A stretch of 32,000 nt of DNA from Vibrio vulnificus CMCP6. Its GTDB lineage: Bacteria > Pseudomonadota > Gammaproteobacteria > Enterobacterales > Vibrionaceae. The stretch is taken from contig NC_004459.3 of assembly GCF_000039765.1 (NCBI RefSeq), forward strand, positions 2,421,127-2,453,126. Direction: 5' to 3'. Below, piece by piece: positions 21,796-30,048 of the stretch. Position numbers and translations under genes: made by a program. The stretch's first letter is position 1. Every line of letters starts with the position of its first letter. The notes below the pieces were generated by a model. The model saw only the letters and a program-made list of their open reading frames with translations. It was not told the origin of the DNA and did not search any database.

Positions 21796-21916
21796 CAAAG
21801 CGTTTAAGACGGATTCCCAACGCTTGGCATTTTCGGTTTGCTTTGAATTTAGTGATTACGGCACAATGGTTTAGGTAGGGTGGTAGCGTTGCTCACCACT
21901 TAACGCGGCGTTATGC
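21790..21916 (+). repeat. attC6
   Basis: ATTTAAC...GCGTTATGC, 127 bp. Confidence 0.94.
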
Positions 21917-21950
21917 GATTCATGAGTGCAGCGATAAGGATAAAAATATT

Positions 21951-22589
21951 ATGTATAAAGTCGGCATTGTTTTGTTTGATGATTTTACAGATGTAGACTT
22001 CTTTCTTATGTATGACTTGCTTGGTCGAACAACTGATAGTTGGACGGTTAGCGTGCTGGGAACTAAATCTGAACACACTTCCCACCTAGGTATGAAAGTC
22101 AAAACGGACGGACCTGTTTCAGAGGTGACGAATCAAGATGTCATTCTCATTACCAGTGGTAAACGTGGTATTCCAGCGGCAATAAACGATACTAAATTTA
22201 TGTCAGCGTTGAATCTTGACCCAAATAAACAGCTAATTGGTTCAATTTGTGCGGGGTCATTCATCCTTCATGAACTCGGTTTACTTAAAGGCAAGCCATT
22301 GACGACAAATCCAGATGCTAAGGCTGTTCTACAAAGCATGGGAGGGGACGTTCAGGACCAACCTCTTGTTGTAGAGGGAAACATAGCTACTGCCGGAGGC
22401 TGTCTTTCACTGATGTATCTAATAGGTTGGTTAGCCGAGCGGCTGTTTGACTCAAATAAACGAAAAAGCATTCAAAATCAGTTGATCCCAGCTGGACAGT
22501 TAGAGCTATTCGAAGAGCTTATTTCTACAACTATCCAATCAGCTGAGTTGGCAAGCTCGCATAACAAAGCGTTTAAGAGTGACTCGTAA
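21951..22589 (+). CDS. DJ-1/PfpI (GATase1-like) family protein; C-terminus encoded by attC
   Basis: FDDFTDVDFFLMYDLLG, GSICAGSFILHELGLLKGKPLTTN (nucleophile elbow C), GGCLSLMYLIGWL. Last ~11 residues overlap attC7. Confidence 0.88.
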   Translation: MYKVGIVLFDDFTDVDFFLMYDLLGRTTDSWTVSVLGTKSEHTSHLGMKVKTDGPVSEVTNQDVILITSGKRGIPAAINDTKFMSALNLDPNKQLIGSICAGSFILHELGLLKGKPLTTNPDAKAVLQSMGGDVQDQPLVVEGNIATAGGCLSLMYLIGWLAERLFDSNKRKSIQNQLIPAGQLELFEELISTTIQSAELASSHNKAFKSDS

Positions 22590-22684
22590 CGCGTGGCATT
22601 TATACTGTGCGTTAGTTTTAGTGTTTAAGGCGCAATGCAGAGGCTCCGGCATGGCGTTACTCACACCTTAACGCGGCGTTATGC
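22559..22684 (+). repeat. attC7
   Basis: GCATAAC...GCGTTATGC, 126 bp. Confidence 0.94.
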
Positions 22685-23494
22685 TTAATCAATTAAAATC
22701 AGTGGGTTATGGTTTTTCTTTGTTCCCTCAGCTTTTTGGTTTTGTGCTCGTCGGCAAGTTGGCTTAAGTGGGCGCTATTTTCGGACAGTTATTCTTTGGC
22801 GCTGAAAATTCAGAGAATTGCCTCAATCAATTTTTAGGTAAGCGCGAGGTTAGGGTGGCAGGCTCAATCAGCAATTTAATCTTAGGTTTTTGAGTATTAG
22901 CGGCCAAATTTCAATGTCTGATTTTCAAAATCATGAGTCATTTCCGTTTTTAGGTTTTGGCTTTTGTTTGTGAATCAAAGTCGAGTTAATCTTGGTTTTA
23001 TCAAAACGTAAGCCATTGAAGCTTAAGCATAACAAAGCGTTTATCAGTGGTTTATGGTTTTTCTTTGTTCCCTCGGCTTTTCAGTTTTGTGTTTGTCGGC
23101 AAGTTGGTTTCAGTGGGCGCTGTTTTCTGGACACTTATTCTTTGGCGCTGGAAATTCAGAGAATTGCCTCAATCAGTTTTCGCGTAAGCGCGAGGTTAGG
23201 GCAGTTGGCTCAATCAGAAATTTGAACTTGGCTTTTTGAGTTTTAGTCGCCAAATTTCAAAGTCCGATTTTTAAAACTATGAGTCATTTCGGTTTTCTAC
23301 GTTTTGTCTTTTGTTTGTAAATCAAGGTCGAGTTAATCTTGGTTCTATTAAAACGTAACCCATTGAAGCTTAAGCATAACAAGGCGTTCAAGTGGGATTC
23401 ATGCCGCGTGGCATTTTTGGTATGCGGTGGTTTTTGGTGGTGAAAGTGGTTTGCAGAAAGCTGGTTTAAGCGGCATTCACCCCTTAACGCAGCG
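22679..23494 (+). other. Fused double ORF-less cassette (family B bodies 1 and 2)
   Basis: Two family-B bodies (22679-23033 and ~23043-23373) separated only by an attC remnant GCATAACAAAGCGTTT (23027-23042). Confidence 0.8.
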
Positions 23495-23500
23495 TTATGC
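23374..23500 (+). repeat. attC8
   Basis: GCATAAC...GCGTTATGC, 127 bp. Confidence 0.95.
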
Positions 23501-23603
23501 GCTATTCAAATCTTTATTAACTTGGTCGAAAATACTCAAAGTATTCATGATTGTGCTCAGACCAAAAGTTACCATGTTCTTTTTATAAATTGGGGTACGA
23601 TGC

Positions 23604-23861
23604 ATGAGTATAGATCAACAAGAACGATGGGCTAAAAATAGGGAGAAAGGATTTGCTAGATACGTCGCTAGTAACACTATCTCGTTCCTACTGATCGTTT
23701 CCTTAGTTCGTGCAGTGTTTTACTTCGCTACTCAAGACAATGCTTCGATTGAAGGCTTTATCTCCGAGCAGTCCATGACCATAGTTTTTATAGCAATAGT
23801 TCTACCATTTGTATTTTGGTTTACTTGGTTGTACCAAGAGTCAAAATATAAAAAGGATTAG
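23604..23861 (+). CDS. Small membrane protein, cassette 9
   Basis: 85 aa with two hydrophobic helices (TISFLLIVSLVRAVFYF; TIVFIAIVLPFVFWFTWLY). Confidence 0.6.
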   Translation: MSIDQQERWAKNREKGFARYVASNTISFLLIVSLVRAVFYFATQDNASIEGFISEQSMTIVFIAIVLPFVFWFTWLYQESKYKKD

Positions 23862-23872
23862 TAAAGCTGCGC

Positions 23873-23999
23873 GCATAACAAAGCGTTTAAGAGGGATTTG
23901 GCACGCGTGGCATTTTCAGTTTGCGTTGAGTTCGGTGGTTACGGCACTGTGCGGTAGCTTTTGTATTGCGTGCCTGCACCCCTTAACGCGGCGTTATGT
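23873..23999 (+). repeat. attC9
   Basis: GCATAAC...GCGTTATGT, 127 bp. Confidence 0.95.
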
Positions 24000-24022
24000 T
24001 ACTGCACTTTACGAGTAATTGA

Positions 24023-24776
24023 ATGAATAAAAAGTTGTTAGTTGGCGGTTGTTTACTCGGTGTAACCGCTCTATTTTTTGTCGGTAAACGAGGTGGTGAG
24101 GAGTTATCGCTCCCCATGTGTGATTCCGTCCCTAAAATTGATACGCCAGTGCATTTTTTCACAGATGACTCCATTAGTGAGGCACGAATTGAAGAGTTTA
24201 TTGACTATTCAAACCTTGTTCTAGAGAACTCTTGCATTCCAATTAGAAGGACCCTTTCAGGAATCACCAAACTTGATTTGACCAGTTTTAAAAAGTCAAG
24301 ACAGTGGTAAGTTACATCAACAGTTACTCCTAAATGTTGGTAGCTCGGTTCTTGAGCCAATGCAAAAAGTTGGAAGTTATTATGTTCTAGTTCTTCCTAA
24401 AGACTTTCCTTTTGCAAAAGACAGTGCAGGAACTGCTCATGTAAATTTTAGTCGCAGTTTTTTGGTTCTATCTTCTGATGCAGAACTTCATGTACTTGAG
24501 CATGAGTTGGGGCATCTGGCTTGGGCATGGCACGACAACACAGCAATACATTGGTTAAAAGGGCAGCTTCTAAAAGAGCATCACAAGCAAATTAAGCCAT
24601 ATGCATTTGGGGCATTGTGTCATGAAGCGGGGACGGTAATGACTTATGCAGAGAAGCAGTTGCCAGCCTATTCATCACCGGATATCAAATATTATGGACA
24701 GGCTTGTGGCAATGCCGAAACTGCTGATAATGCACGTCATATGCGAGAGTTTGCGCTATCACTAGTAGCTCCGTAA
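24023..24776 (+). pseudogene. Metzincin-like zinc metalloprotease, split by an apparent single frameshift near 24286-24297
   Basis: ORF 24023-24310 (signal/anchor N-terminus) and the frame of ORF 24360-24776 (HELGHLAWAWH, GTVMTY). The second frame is open upstream to 24282 (...LKSQDSGKLHQQLLLNVGSSVLEP-MQKVG...). Confidence 0.7.
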
Positions 24777-24902
24777 CATAACAAGGCGTTCAAGCGGGAT
24801 TCATGCCGCGTGGCATTTTTGGTATACGGTGAGTTTGGGTGATGAAAGTGGTCTGCGGGAAGTTGGTTTATGCGGCATTCACCCCTTAACGCAGCGTTAT
24901 GC
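24776..24902 (+). repeat. attC10
   Basis: ACATAAC...GCGTTATGC, 127 bp. Confidence 0.95.
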
Positions 24903-24930
24903 GTCCTTAAAACTTGAGTAAGGTGTACAA

Positions 24931-25356
24931 GTGGAAAGTAGAGTTGTTAAAGCTTCAAAATTCTTAGGTTTGGGCATTGTGTTGTACCCGATCGCCTATT
25001 CGTCACTTAACTTTGTTCTACCCATTCTGATTGGCGTGCTAGGTAATGAAAATCACTTCCTGGTTACAGGTTTAGAGATCATCACCTGGTTTGTGCTCCC
25101 AATTTTTTCAGTGTTCTATTTACTAGCATTTCACCAATTAGCTGGGGCGCTTAGAAAATGGCAAAAATTCGTAGGGTATATGATGGTATCAACGGCAGTT
25201 ATTGCTGAAGTATTGTTACCCTTTATCGACAGAGGTTTAGTGAGTAGATCTATTTCGTTTTTGGCTCATATGGCTGAGCTTGTCATTTTGTCCGGTTGCT
25301 TGTTGGCAATTGGTAGTCAAATGAAGCAAAGTGTCGATGTTAGCTGCAACGCATAA
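24931..25356 (+). CDS. Four-TM integral membrane protein, cassette 11
   Basis: 141 aa, four hydrophobic segments; ends at attC R'. Confidence 0.65.
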   Translation: MESRVVKASKFLGLGIVLYPIAYSSLNFVLPILIGVLGNENHFLVTGLEIITWFVLPIFSVFYLLAFHQLAGALRKWQKFVGYMMVSTAVIAEVLLPFIDRGLVSRSISFLAHMAELVILSGCLLAIGSQMKQSVDVSCNA

Positions 25357-25477
25357 CAAAGCGTTTAAGAGGGACTTGGCACGCGTGGCATTTTTAATTT
25401 GCGGTAAGTTTAGTGATTAAGGTGTAATGCGGTCACTTTTGTATTGCGTGCCTGCGCCCCTTAACGCGGCGTTAGAA
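25351..25477 (+). repeat. attC11
   Basis: GCATAAC...GCGTTAGAA, 127 bp. Confidence 0.95.
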
Positions 25478-25498
25478 GAATAAGGAACAATTCCAATT

Positions 25499-26323
25499 AT
25501 GAGTAATGAAAGTAGTAACGAGAGCAATATTGAAGGAACTATCAATGCCGTAACTGGATTAGCTAAAGCTATTCCAGTTTATGAAGACGCATTACAACCT
25601 GCTGCGAAGGAAATAGGAAAGGCCTTAGGCACAGTAGCAAAAACTGTCAATGTAGCATTGGCTCCTGTCTCTGCGTTAGTTTGGGGTTATGACAAAATTA
25701 AAGATTTTGTTGATACAAAAGTGTCCGAGAAGTTATCTAATGTAAAAGATGAAGACATCGTTTCTCCTCCGCCAAATGTAGCAGGCCCTGCGCTCGAATC
25801 ACTCAAGTACACAGGTAGCATAGAAGAATTGAAAGAGCTTTATGCTAACTTGATCGCTTCAAGTATGGATAAAAATACAACTCATAAAGCTCATCCATCT
25901 TTTGTAGAAATAATTAAGCAGTTGTCATCAGACGAGGCTAAATTGCTTGTTTACTTTGCTTCATCAGGTTCTGCTCCTATTGTAGACATAAAAAATAATC
26001 GTAAAGACAAATCGGGTGGTAGATATGAGTATAGGTATTTCACCAATATTGGTGAGAAACTTAAATTGGAGAATTTGGGATTAAACTCTTCGTATTGGAG
26101 TAATTTAATTCGTTTAGGGCTTGTTGATATCCCAGATAATTTTCAACTCATTGAAGAAGGTATCTACGACGATATTATTTCTCATACGGCGGTCAAAAGT
26201 ATAGTTAGTAATATCAACAAACAAGAGGGTAGAGTTGCCGAAATAATAAAAACGGCTGTTCTTGTAACCGATTTGGGTCGTCAATTTATTGATGTTTGTG
26301 TAGTAGATCATCGAACACAATAA
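25499..26323 (+). CDS. DUF4393 / Abi-alpha family protein (abortive-infection-related)
   Basis: IYEDALQPAAKEIGKALGTVAKTVNVALAPVSALVWGYDKIKDF-like N-terminus, PPPNVAGPALESLKYTGSIEELKELYANLIASSMDK, AHPSFVEIIKQLSSDEAKLL. Confidence 0.85.
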   Translation: MSNESSNESNIEGTINAVTGLAKAIPVYEDALQPAAKEIGKALGTVAKTVNVALAPVSALVWGYDKIKDFVDTKVSEKLSNVKDEDIVSPPPNVAGPALESLKYTGSIEELKELYANLIASSMDKNTTHKAHPSFVEIIKQLSSDEAKLLVYFASSGSAPIVDIKNNRKDKSGGRYEYRYFTNIGEKLKLENLGLNSSYWSNLIRLGLVDIPDNFQLIEEGIYDDIISHTAVKSIVSNINKQEGRVAEIIKTAVLVTDLGRQFIDVCVVDHRTQ

Positions 26324-26326
26324 TTC

Positions 26327-26452
26327 TTCTAACAAACTGTTCAAGAGTGATTCGCAACGCGTAGCATTTTTACTATGCGTTGCGTTTGGTGATTAAGGTG
26401 GTATGCGGCGGCATCGGTATTGCGTTGCTCACACCTTAACAGGGCGTTATGC
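26327..26452 (+). repeat. attC12
   Basis: TTCTAAC...GCGTTATGC, 126 bp. Confidence 0.95.
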
Positions 26453-26916
26453 TTAATCACGTAAAATCAGTGGTTTATGGTTTTTCTTTGTTCCCTTGGC
26501 TGATTGGTTTTGTGCTTGTCGGCAAGTCGGTTTCATTGGGCGCTGCTTTTCGGACATTTATTCTTTGGCGCTGAAAATTCAGAGAGTTGCCTCAATCAAT
26601 TTTCAGGTAAGCGCGAGGTTAGGGTAGCTGGCTCAATCAGCAATTTGATCTTAGGTTTTGAGTTTTAGCAGCCGAATTTCAAAGCCCGATTTTCAAAACT
26701 ATGAGTCCTTTCGGTTTTCTACGTTTTGGCTTTTGTTTGTAAATCAAAGTCGAGTTAATCTTGGTTCTAGTAAAACGTAAGCCGTTGAAGCTTAAGCATA
26801 ACAAGGCGTTCAAGAGGGATTCATGCCGCGTGGCATTTTTGGTATGCGGTGAGTTTTGGTGGTGAAAGTGGTCTGCGGAAGGTAGGTTTGAGCGGCATTC
26901 ACCCCTTAACGCAGCG
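26447..26916 (+). other. ORF-less cassette, family B body 3 (470 bp)
   Basis: Shares TTATGCTTAATCA..., GTGGTTTATGGTTTTTCTTTGTTCCC, and ...GTTGAAGCTTAAGCATAAC with the other family B bodies. Confidence 0.85.
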
Positions 26917-26922
26917 TTATAT
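26796..26922 (+). repeat. attC13
   Basis: GCATAAC...GCGTTATAT, 127 bp. Confidence 0.95.
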
Positions 26923-26936
26923 TTTTCGAGGATCCA

Positions 26937-28241
26937 ATGAGATTATCAATTGAACATCAAGCGACAAGGGTATGTGAAAGTAGTGAATACCTTTTCGGTC
27001 GTGAAGCTTTTGCAAAGAGCTTATTGAATATTTTTTCTAATTCAGAAAGTGGTTTTGTTCTAGCGATTGATGCTACTTGGGGAGCAGGTAAAACAGCTTT
27101 TATTCATCAGTTAATCCACGATCTAAAAGCAACAGAAAAAATTATTCCGATTTACTATGATGCATTTTCCAACGATTTTTCTAATGATACGTTTTTATCT
27201 ATTGGTGCGACTATATTCCATGAAGTCGAAGGCTATTTTGAGTCAACAGGTAAAAGCGTAAAGGTTAAAAAGCAGTTAGAACATCTCAAAGACTTAACAA
27301 AAAAAACCGCAGGAGAGCTGATAAAGTTATCGAGCAATTTAGCCCTTAAATCTTTGACTGCTGGAATGATTGATAACTCAGAATTAGAGAAAATAGCTAT
27401 AAAAACCTTTAATTCGGCGACTTTCGGTACACTAGAACTAGAGTTAAATGAGAAATTCAAAGCATACGAAAATGCTAAATCAAACATCCAATCGTATGTA
27501 GATGCTTTAGAATCAGTTAGCCAAAATGGTGAAAAAGTCATATTTTTCATTGATGAGTTAGATCGATGTCGCCCAGACTTTGCTGTTGAAGTTCTTGAAA
27601 AGGTAAAGCACTTATTTGCTGCTAAGAATGTGATTTTTGTTATTTCTTACAACAAGTCTCAATTGTCAAAGATAATATCTCACGTTTACGGTGTTGAAAA
27701 TAAAGATGCATTGAAGTATCTAGAGAAGTTTATTCATATAGAGGCTAATTTACCAGTTGTTGATGAGAAGTCATCAACAAGCTCTTATGAACAGTTGTTT
27801 GATAGTTTTGTTCGGGAGTTTAATATTGAATTACCAAATCAACAGCAAAGAATTACGTCGCTAAAGAATATGTTTACTTTACTGTGTCAGCCAAAGCACT
27901 TAAATATGAATAGTCGCGAGATCGAAAGGGCGTTTAGTTACGTTAGTTTCTGCTTTGCAGCTCTTCCTAAAGAAAAAGGGTCTTCGCTTTTTGAGTTCTT
28001 TCTACCGGCTGCAATGATGAAAGTAAAAAATAGTGAAATCTTCAATCAGGTATCGGAAGGGCGGTTTTTCTCGACAAGCGCAAACTATAAATGGCTTCAT
28101 GATTTCTTTAAAGAGCACTACAAAAGTTCATTGACTCCCCAAGCGTCGAACGTATTTTATGTAAAGCAGTTTGAAGAAGCGTGTGGCATAGTCTCAATGT
28201 TTAAAATGCCTACTGATGACATCATTGAAGACAAAATATAA
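26937..28241 (+). CDS. KAP-family P-loop NTPase
   Basis: 434 aa; Walker A DATWGAGKTAFIHQL, Walker B KVIFFIDELDRCRPDFAVEVLEKVKHLF, sensor VIFVISYNKSQL. Confidence 0.9.
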   Translation: MRLSIEHQATRVCESSEYLFGREAFAKSLLNIFSNSESGFVLAIDATWGAGKTAFIHQLIHDLKATEKIIPIYYDAFSNDFSNDTFLSIGATIFHEVEGYFESTGKSVKVKKQLEHLKDLTKKTAGELIKLSSNLALKSLTAGMIDNSELEKIAIKTFNSATFGTLELELNEKFKAYENAKSNIQSYVDALESVSQNGEKVIFFIDELDRCRPDFAVEVLEKVKHLFAAKNVIFVISYNKSQLSKIISHVYGVENKDALKYLEKFIHIEANLPVVDEKSSTSSYEQLFDSFVREFNIELPNQQQRITSLKNMFTLLCQPKHLNMNSREIERAFSYVSFCFAALPKEKGSSLFEFFLPAAMMKVKNSEIFNQVSEGRFFSTSANYKWLHDFFKEHYKSSLTPQASNVFYVKQFEEACGIVSMFKMPTDDIIEDKI

Positions 28242-28332
28242 CAAAGCATTTAAGAGTGATTCGCAACGCTTGGCAGTTTCGCTTCGCTCAAGTATAGCCA
28301 AGCGTCGCTCACACCTTAATGCGGCGTTAGTT
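28236..28332 (+). repeat. attC14 (short 97-bp subclass)
   Basis: ATATAACAAAGCATTTAAGAG...AATGCGGCGTTAGTT. Confidence 0.9.
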
Positions 28333-28934
28333 TGCAAGAGGAAAAATGCAGCTATATCGCAAGATCTAGTGTAAAGGCTCAAAGTTGAAATTGTCGTATT
28401 GGCGTTCAATTTCAGTGTTAATTAGCGTGGTAAAAATCCAAAATTGGCATCGTTTCAAGGGTAAATTTGTTCTTTGGTGTTGTGAGTTTGGGGTCATTGA
28501 GTCGAACTTTTTTGCTGAAACTCTGCTCTGTGAGTTTGTTGGTACAAAAGCCGATTTACTTGCTGAAAGGATGCTTTCTCAGGTGTGGCAAGTTCACGTG
28601 GTTTCAGTGACTTTGTTGAAAGTCCGCATTGTGAGATTGGTTTTCTAAAAGCGCTTTTTGGTGTTGTGAGTTCGTTTTCTGCGGCGTTGTTTGTTCCACG
28701 TGGTTTCATTGACTAGCCGCTTTGAGACGAAGCCTGACTTAGGTGCATCAAAGCACATAAAGTTTATTGTTCGCAAAGTTTAAAACAACGTAAAATCAAC
28801 CTTTTGGGTCTGCAAACTAACAAACTGCTCAAGAGGGATTCACAACGCGTGGCATTTTTACTATGCGTTGATTTTAGTGATTAAGGTGGTATGCGGCGGC
28901 TTTGGTATTGCGTTGCTCACCCCTTAGCAGGGCG
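28327..28934 (+). other. ORF-less cassette, family A copy 3 (608 bp)
   Basis: Near-identical 5' half to copy 1 and 3' end to copy 2. Confidence 0.85.
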
Positions 28935-28940
28935 TTATGC
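28815..28940 (+). repeat. attC15
   Basis: AACTAAC...GCGTTATGC, 126 bp. Confidence 0.95.
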
Positions 28941-29411
28941 TTAATCACCTAAAATCAGTGGTTTATGGTTTTTCTTTGTTCCCTCGGCTTGTTAGTTTCG
29001 AGTTTGTCGGCAAGTTGGCTTTTTTGAACGCTGCTTTTCGGACACTTATTCTGTGGCGCTGGAAATTCAGAGAATTGCCTCATTCAATTCTCGGGCAAGC
29101 GCGAGGTTGGGGCGGTGGCTCAATCAGAAATCCATTTCTAGGCTTTCAAACTTCAAACTAGATTTGCCAAAATTCCTAACCTGAATATCAAAACTATGAT
29201 TCATTTCAGTTTTCTAAGTTTTGGCTTTTGTTTCTGAATCAAAGTCGAGTTAATCTTGTTCCCAGAAAAACGTAACCCATTGAAGCTTAAGCATAACAAA
29301 GCGTTTAAGTGGGATTTGGCACGCGTGGCATTTTCGGTTTGCGTTGGGTTCGGTGATTAAGTCGCTGTGCGGTAGCTTTTGTATTGCGTGCCTGCACCCC
29401 TTAACGCGGCG
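28935..29411 (+). other. ORF-less cassette, family B body 4 (477 bp)
   Basis: Family-B body but with a different attC type (see findings). Confidence 0.82.
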
Positions 29412-29417
29412 TTAGCC
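29291..29417 (+). repeat. attC16
   Basis: GCATAAC...GCGTTAGCC, 127 bp. Confidence 0.95.
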
Positions 29418-29440
29418 GTCATGGAGCTTGCTATACTCAA

Positions 29441-29460
29441 AGTGATAGAATAGTATCACT
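29441..29460. promoter_or_regulatory. Candidate operator of the TA cassette
   Basis: Inverted repeat AGTGATA-gaatag-TATCACT, 25 bp before the antitoxin ATG. Confidence 0.5.
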
Positions 29461-29485
29461 TTAGTATTTCTTTGGAGCAGCTCTC

Positions 29486-29743
29486 ATGAAAGTAGAACTA
29501 GTTACATCACTCAAACGCCAAGCAACAAAGATCCTTGCCGATCTCCACGACACTAAAGAACCAGTGTTAATTACCGAACATGGTAAGCCATCGGCATATC
29601 TGGTTGATGTTGATGATTACGAGTTTATGCAAAATCGTTTAGCGATTCTTGAGGGGATTGCACGAGGTGAACGTGCATTAGCTGACGGTAAAGTGGTGAG
29701 TCACGATGAAGCCAAGGACAAAATGTCAAAATGGCTGAAATAA
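29486..29743 (+). CDS. Phd/YefM-family antitoxin
   Basis: 85 aa: VTSLKRQATKILADLHDTKEPVLITEHGKPSAYLVDVDDYEFMQNRLAILEGIARGERA. Confidence 0.92.
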   Translation: MKVELVTSLKRQATKILADLHDTKEPVLITEHGKPSAYLVDVDDYEFMQNRLAILEGIARGERALADGKVVSHDEAKDKMSKWLK

Positions 29744-30033
29744 TCTGGACTGAGCCAGCGCTATCCGACCTCAATGATATCGCTGAATACATCGCACTTG
29801 AAAATATCGTAGCTGCAAAACAATTGGTTCAAGCGATCTTTTCTAAAGTCGAGCGCTTAGAGGCTTTCCCTGAATCGGGTCGCATTCCGCCTGAACTAGA
29901 ACATCTAAGTTATCGTGAAGTTGTAGTTAATCCGTGCCGTATTTTCTATAAACAAGACGGCGACAAAGTATTTATTTTGTTTGTTATGCGTGCTGAGAGA
30001 GACTTGCGTAAGTTCCTATTGAGCAAGCAATAA
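29731..30033 (+). CDS. RelE/ParE-superfamily toxin
   Basis: 100 aa: IIWTEPALSDLNDIAEYIALENIVAAKQLVQAIFSKVERLEAFPESGRIPPELEHLSYREVVVNPCRIFY; overlaps the antitoxin gene by 13 bp. Confidence 0.92.
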   Translation: MAEIIWTEPALSDLNDIAEYIALENIVAAKQLVQAIFSKVERLEAFPESGRIPPELEHLSYREVVVNPCRIFYKQDGDKVFILFVMRAERDLRKFLLSKQ

Positions 30034-30048
30034 CCTTTGGGAATGAAC

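Noticed and set aside
23054-23239. Small plus-strand ORFs in family B bodies (23054-23239, 28937-29161)
   Set aside because: Not preserved at the same length or frame among the four bodies.
24285-24296. Programmed -1 ribosomal frameshift at TTTTAAAAAG
   Set aside because: Joining the two ORFs needs a +1 (or -2) shift, not -1, so a sequence error or a real indel is more likely.
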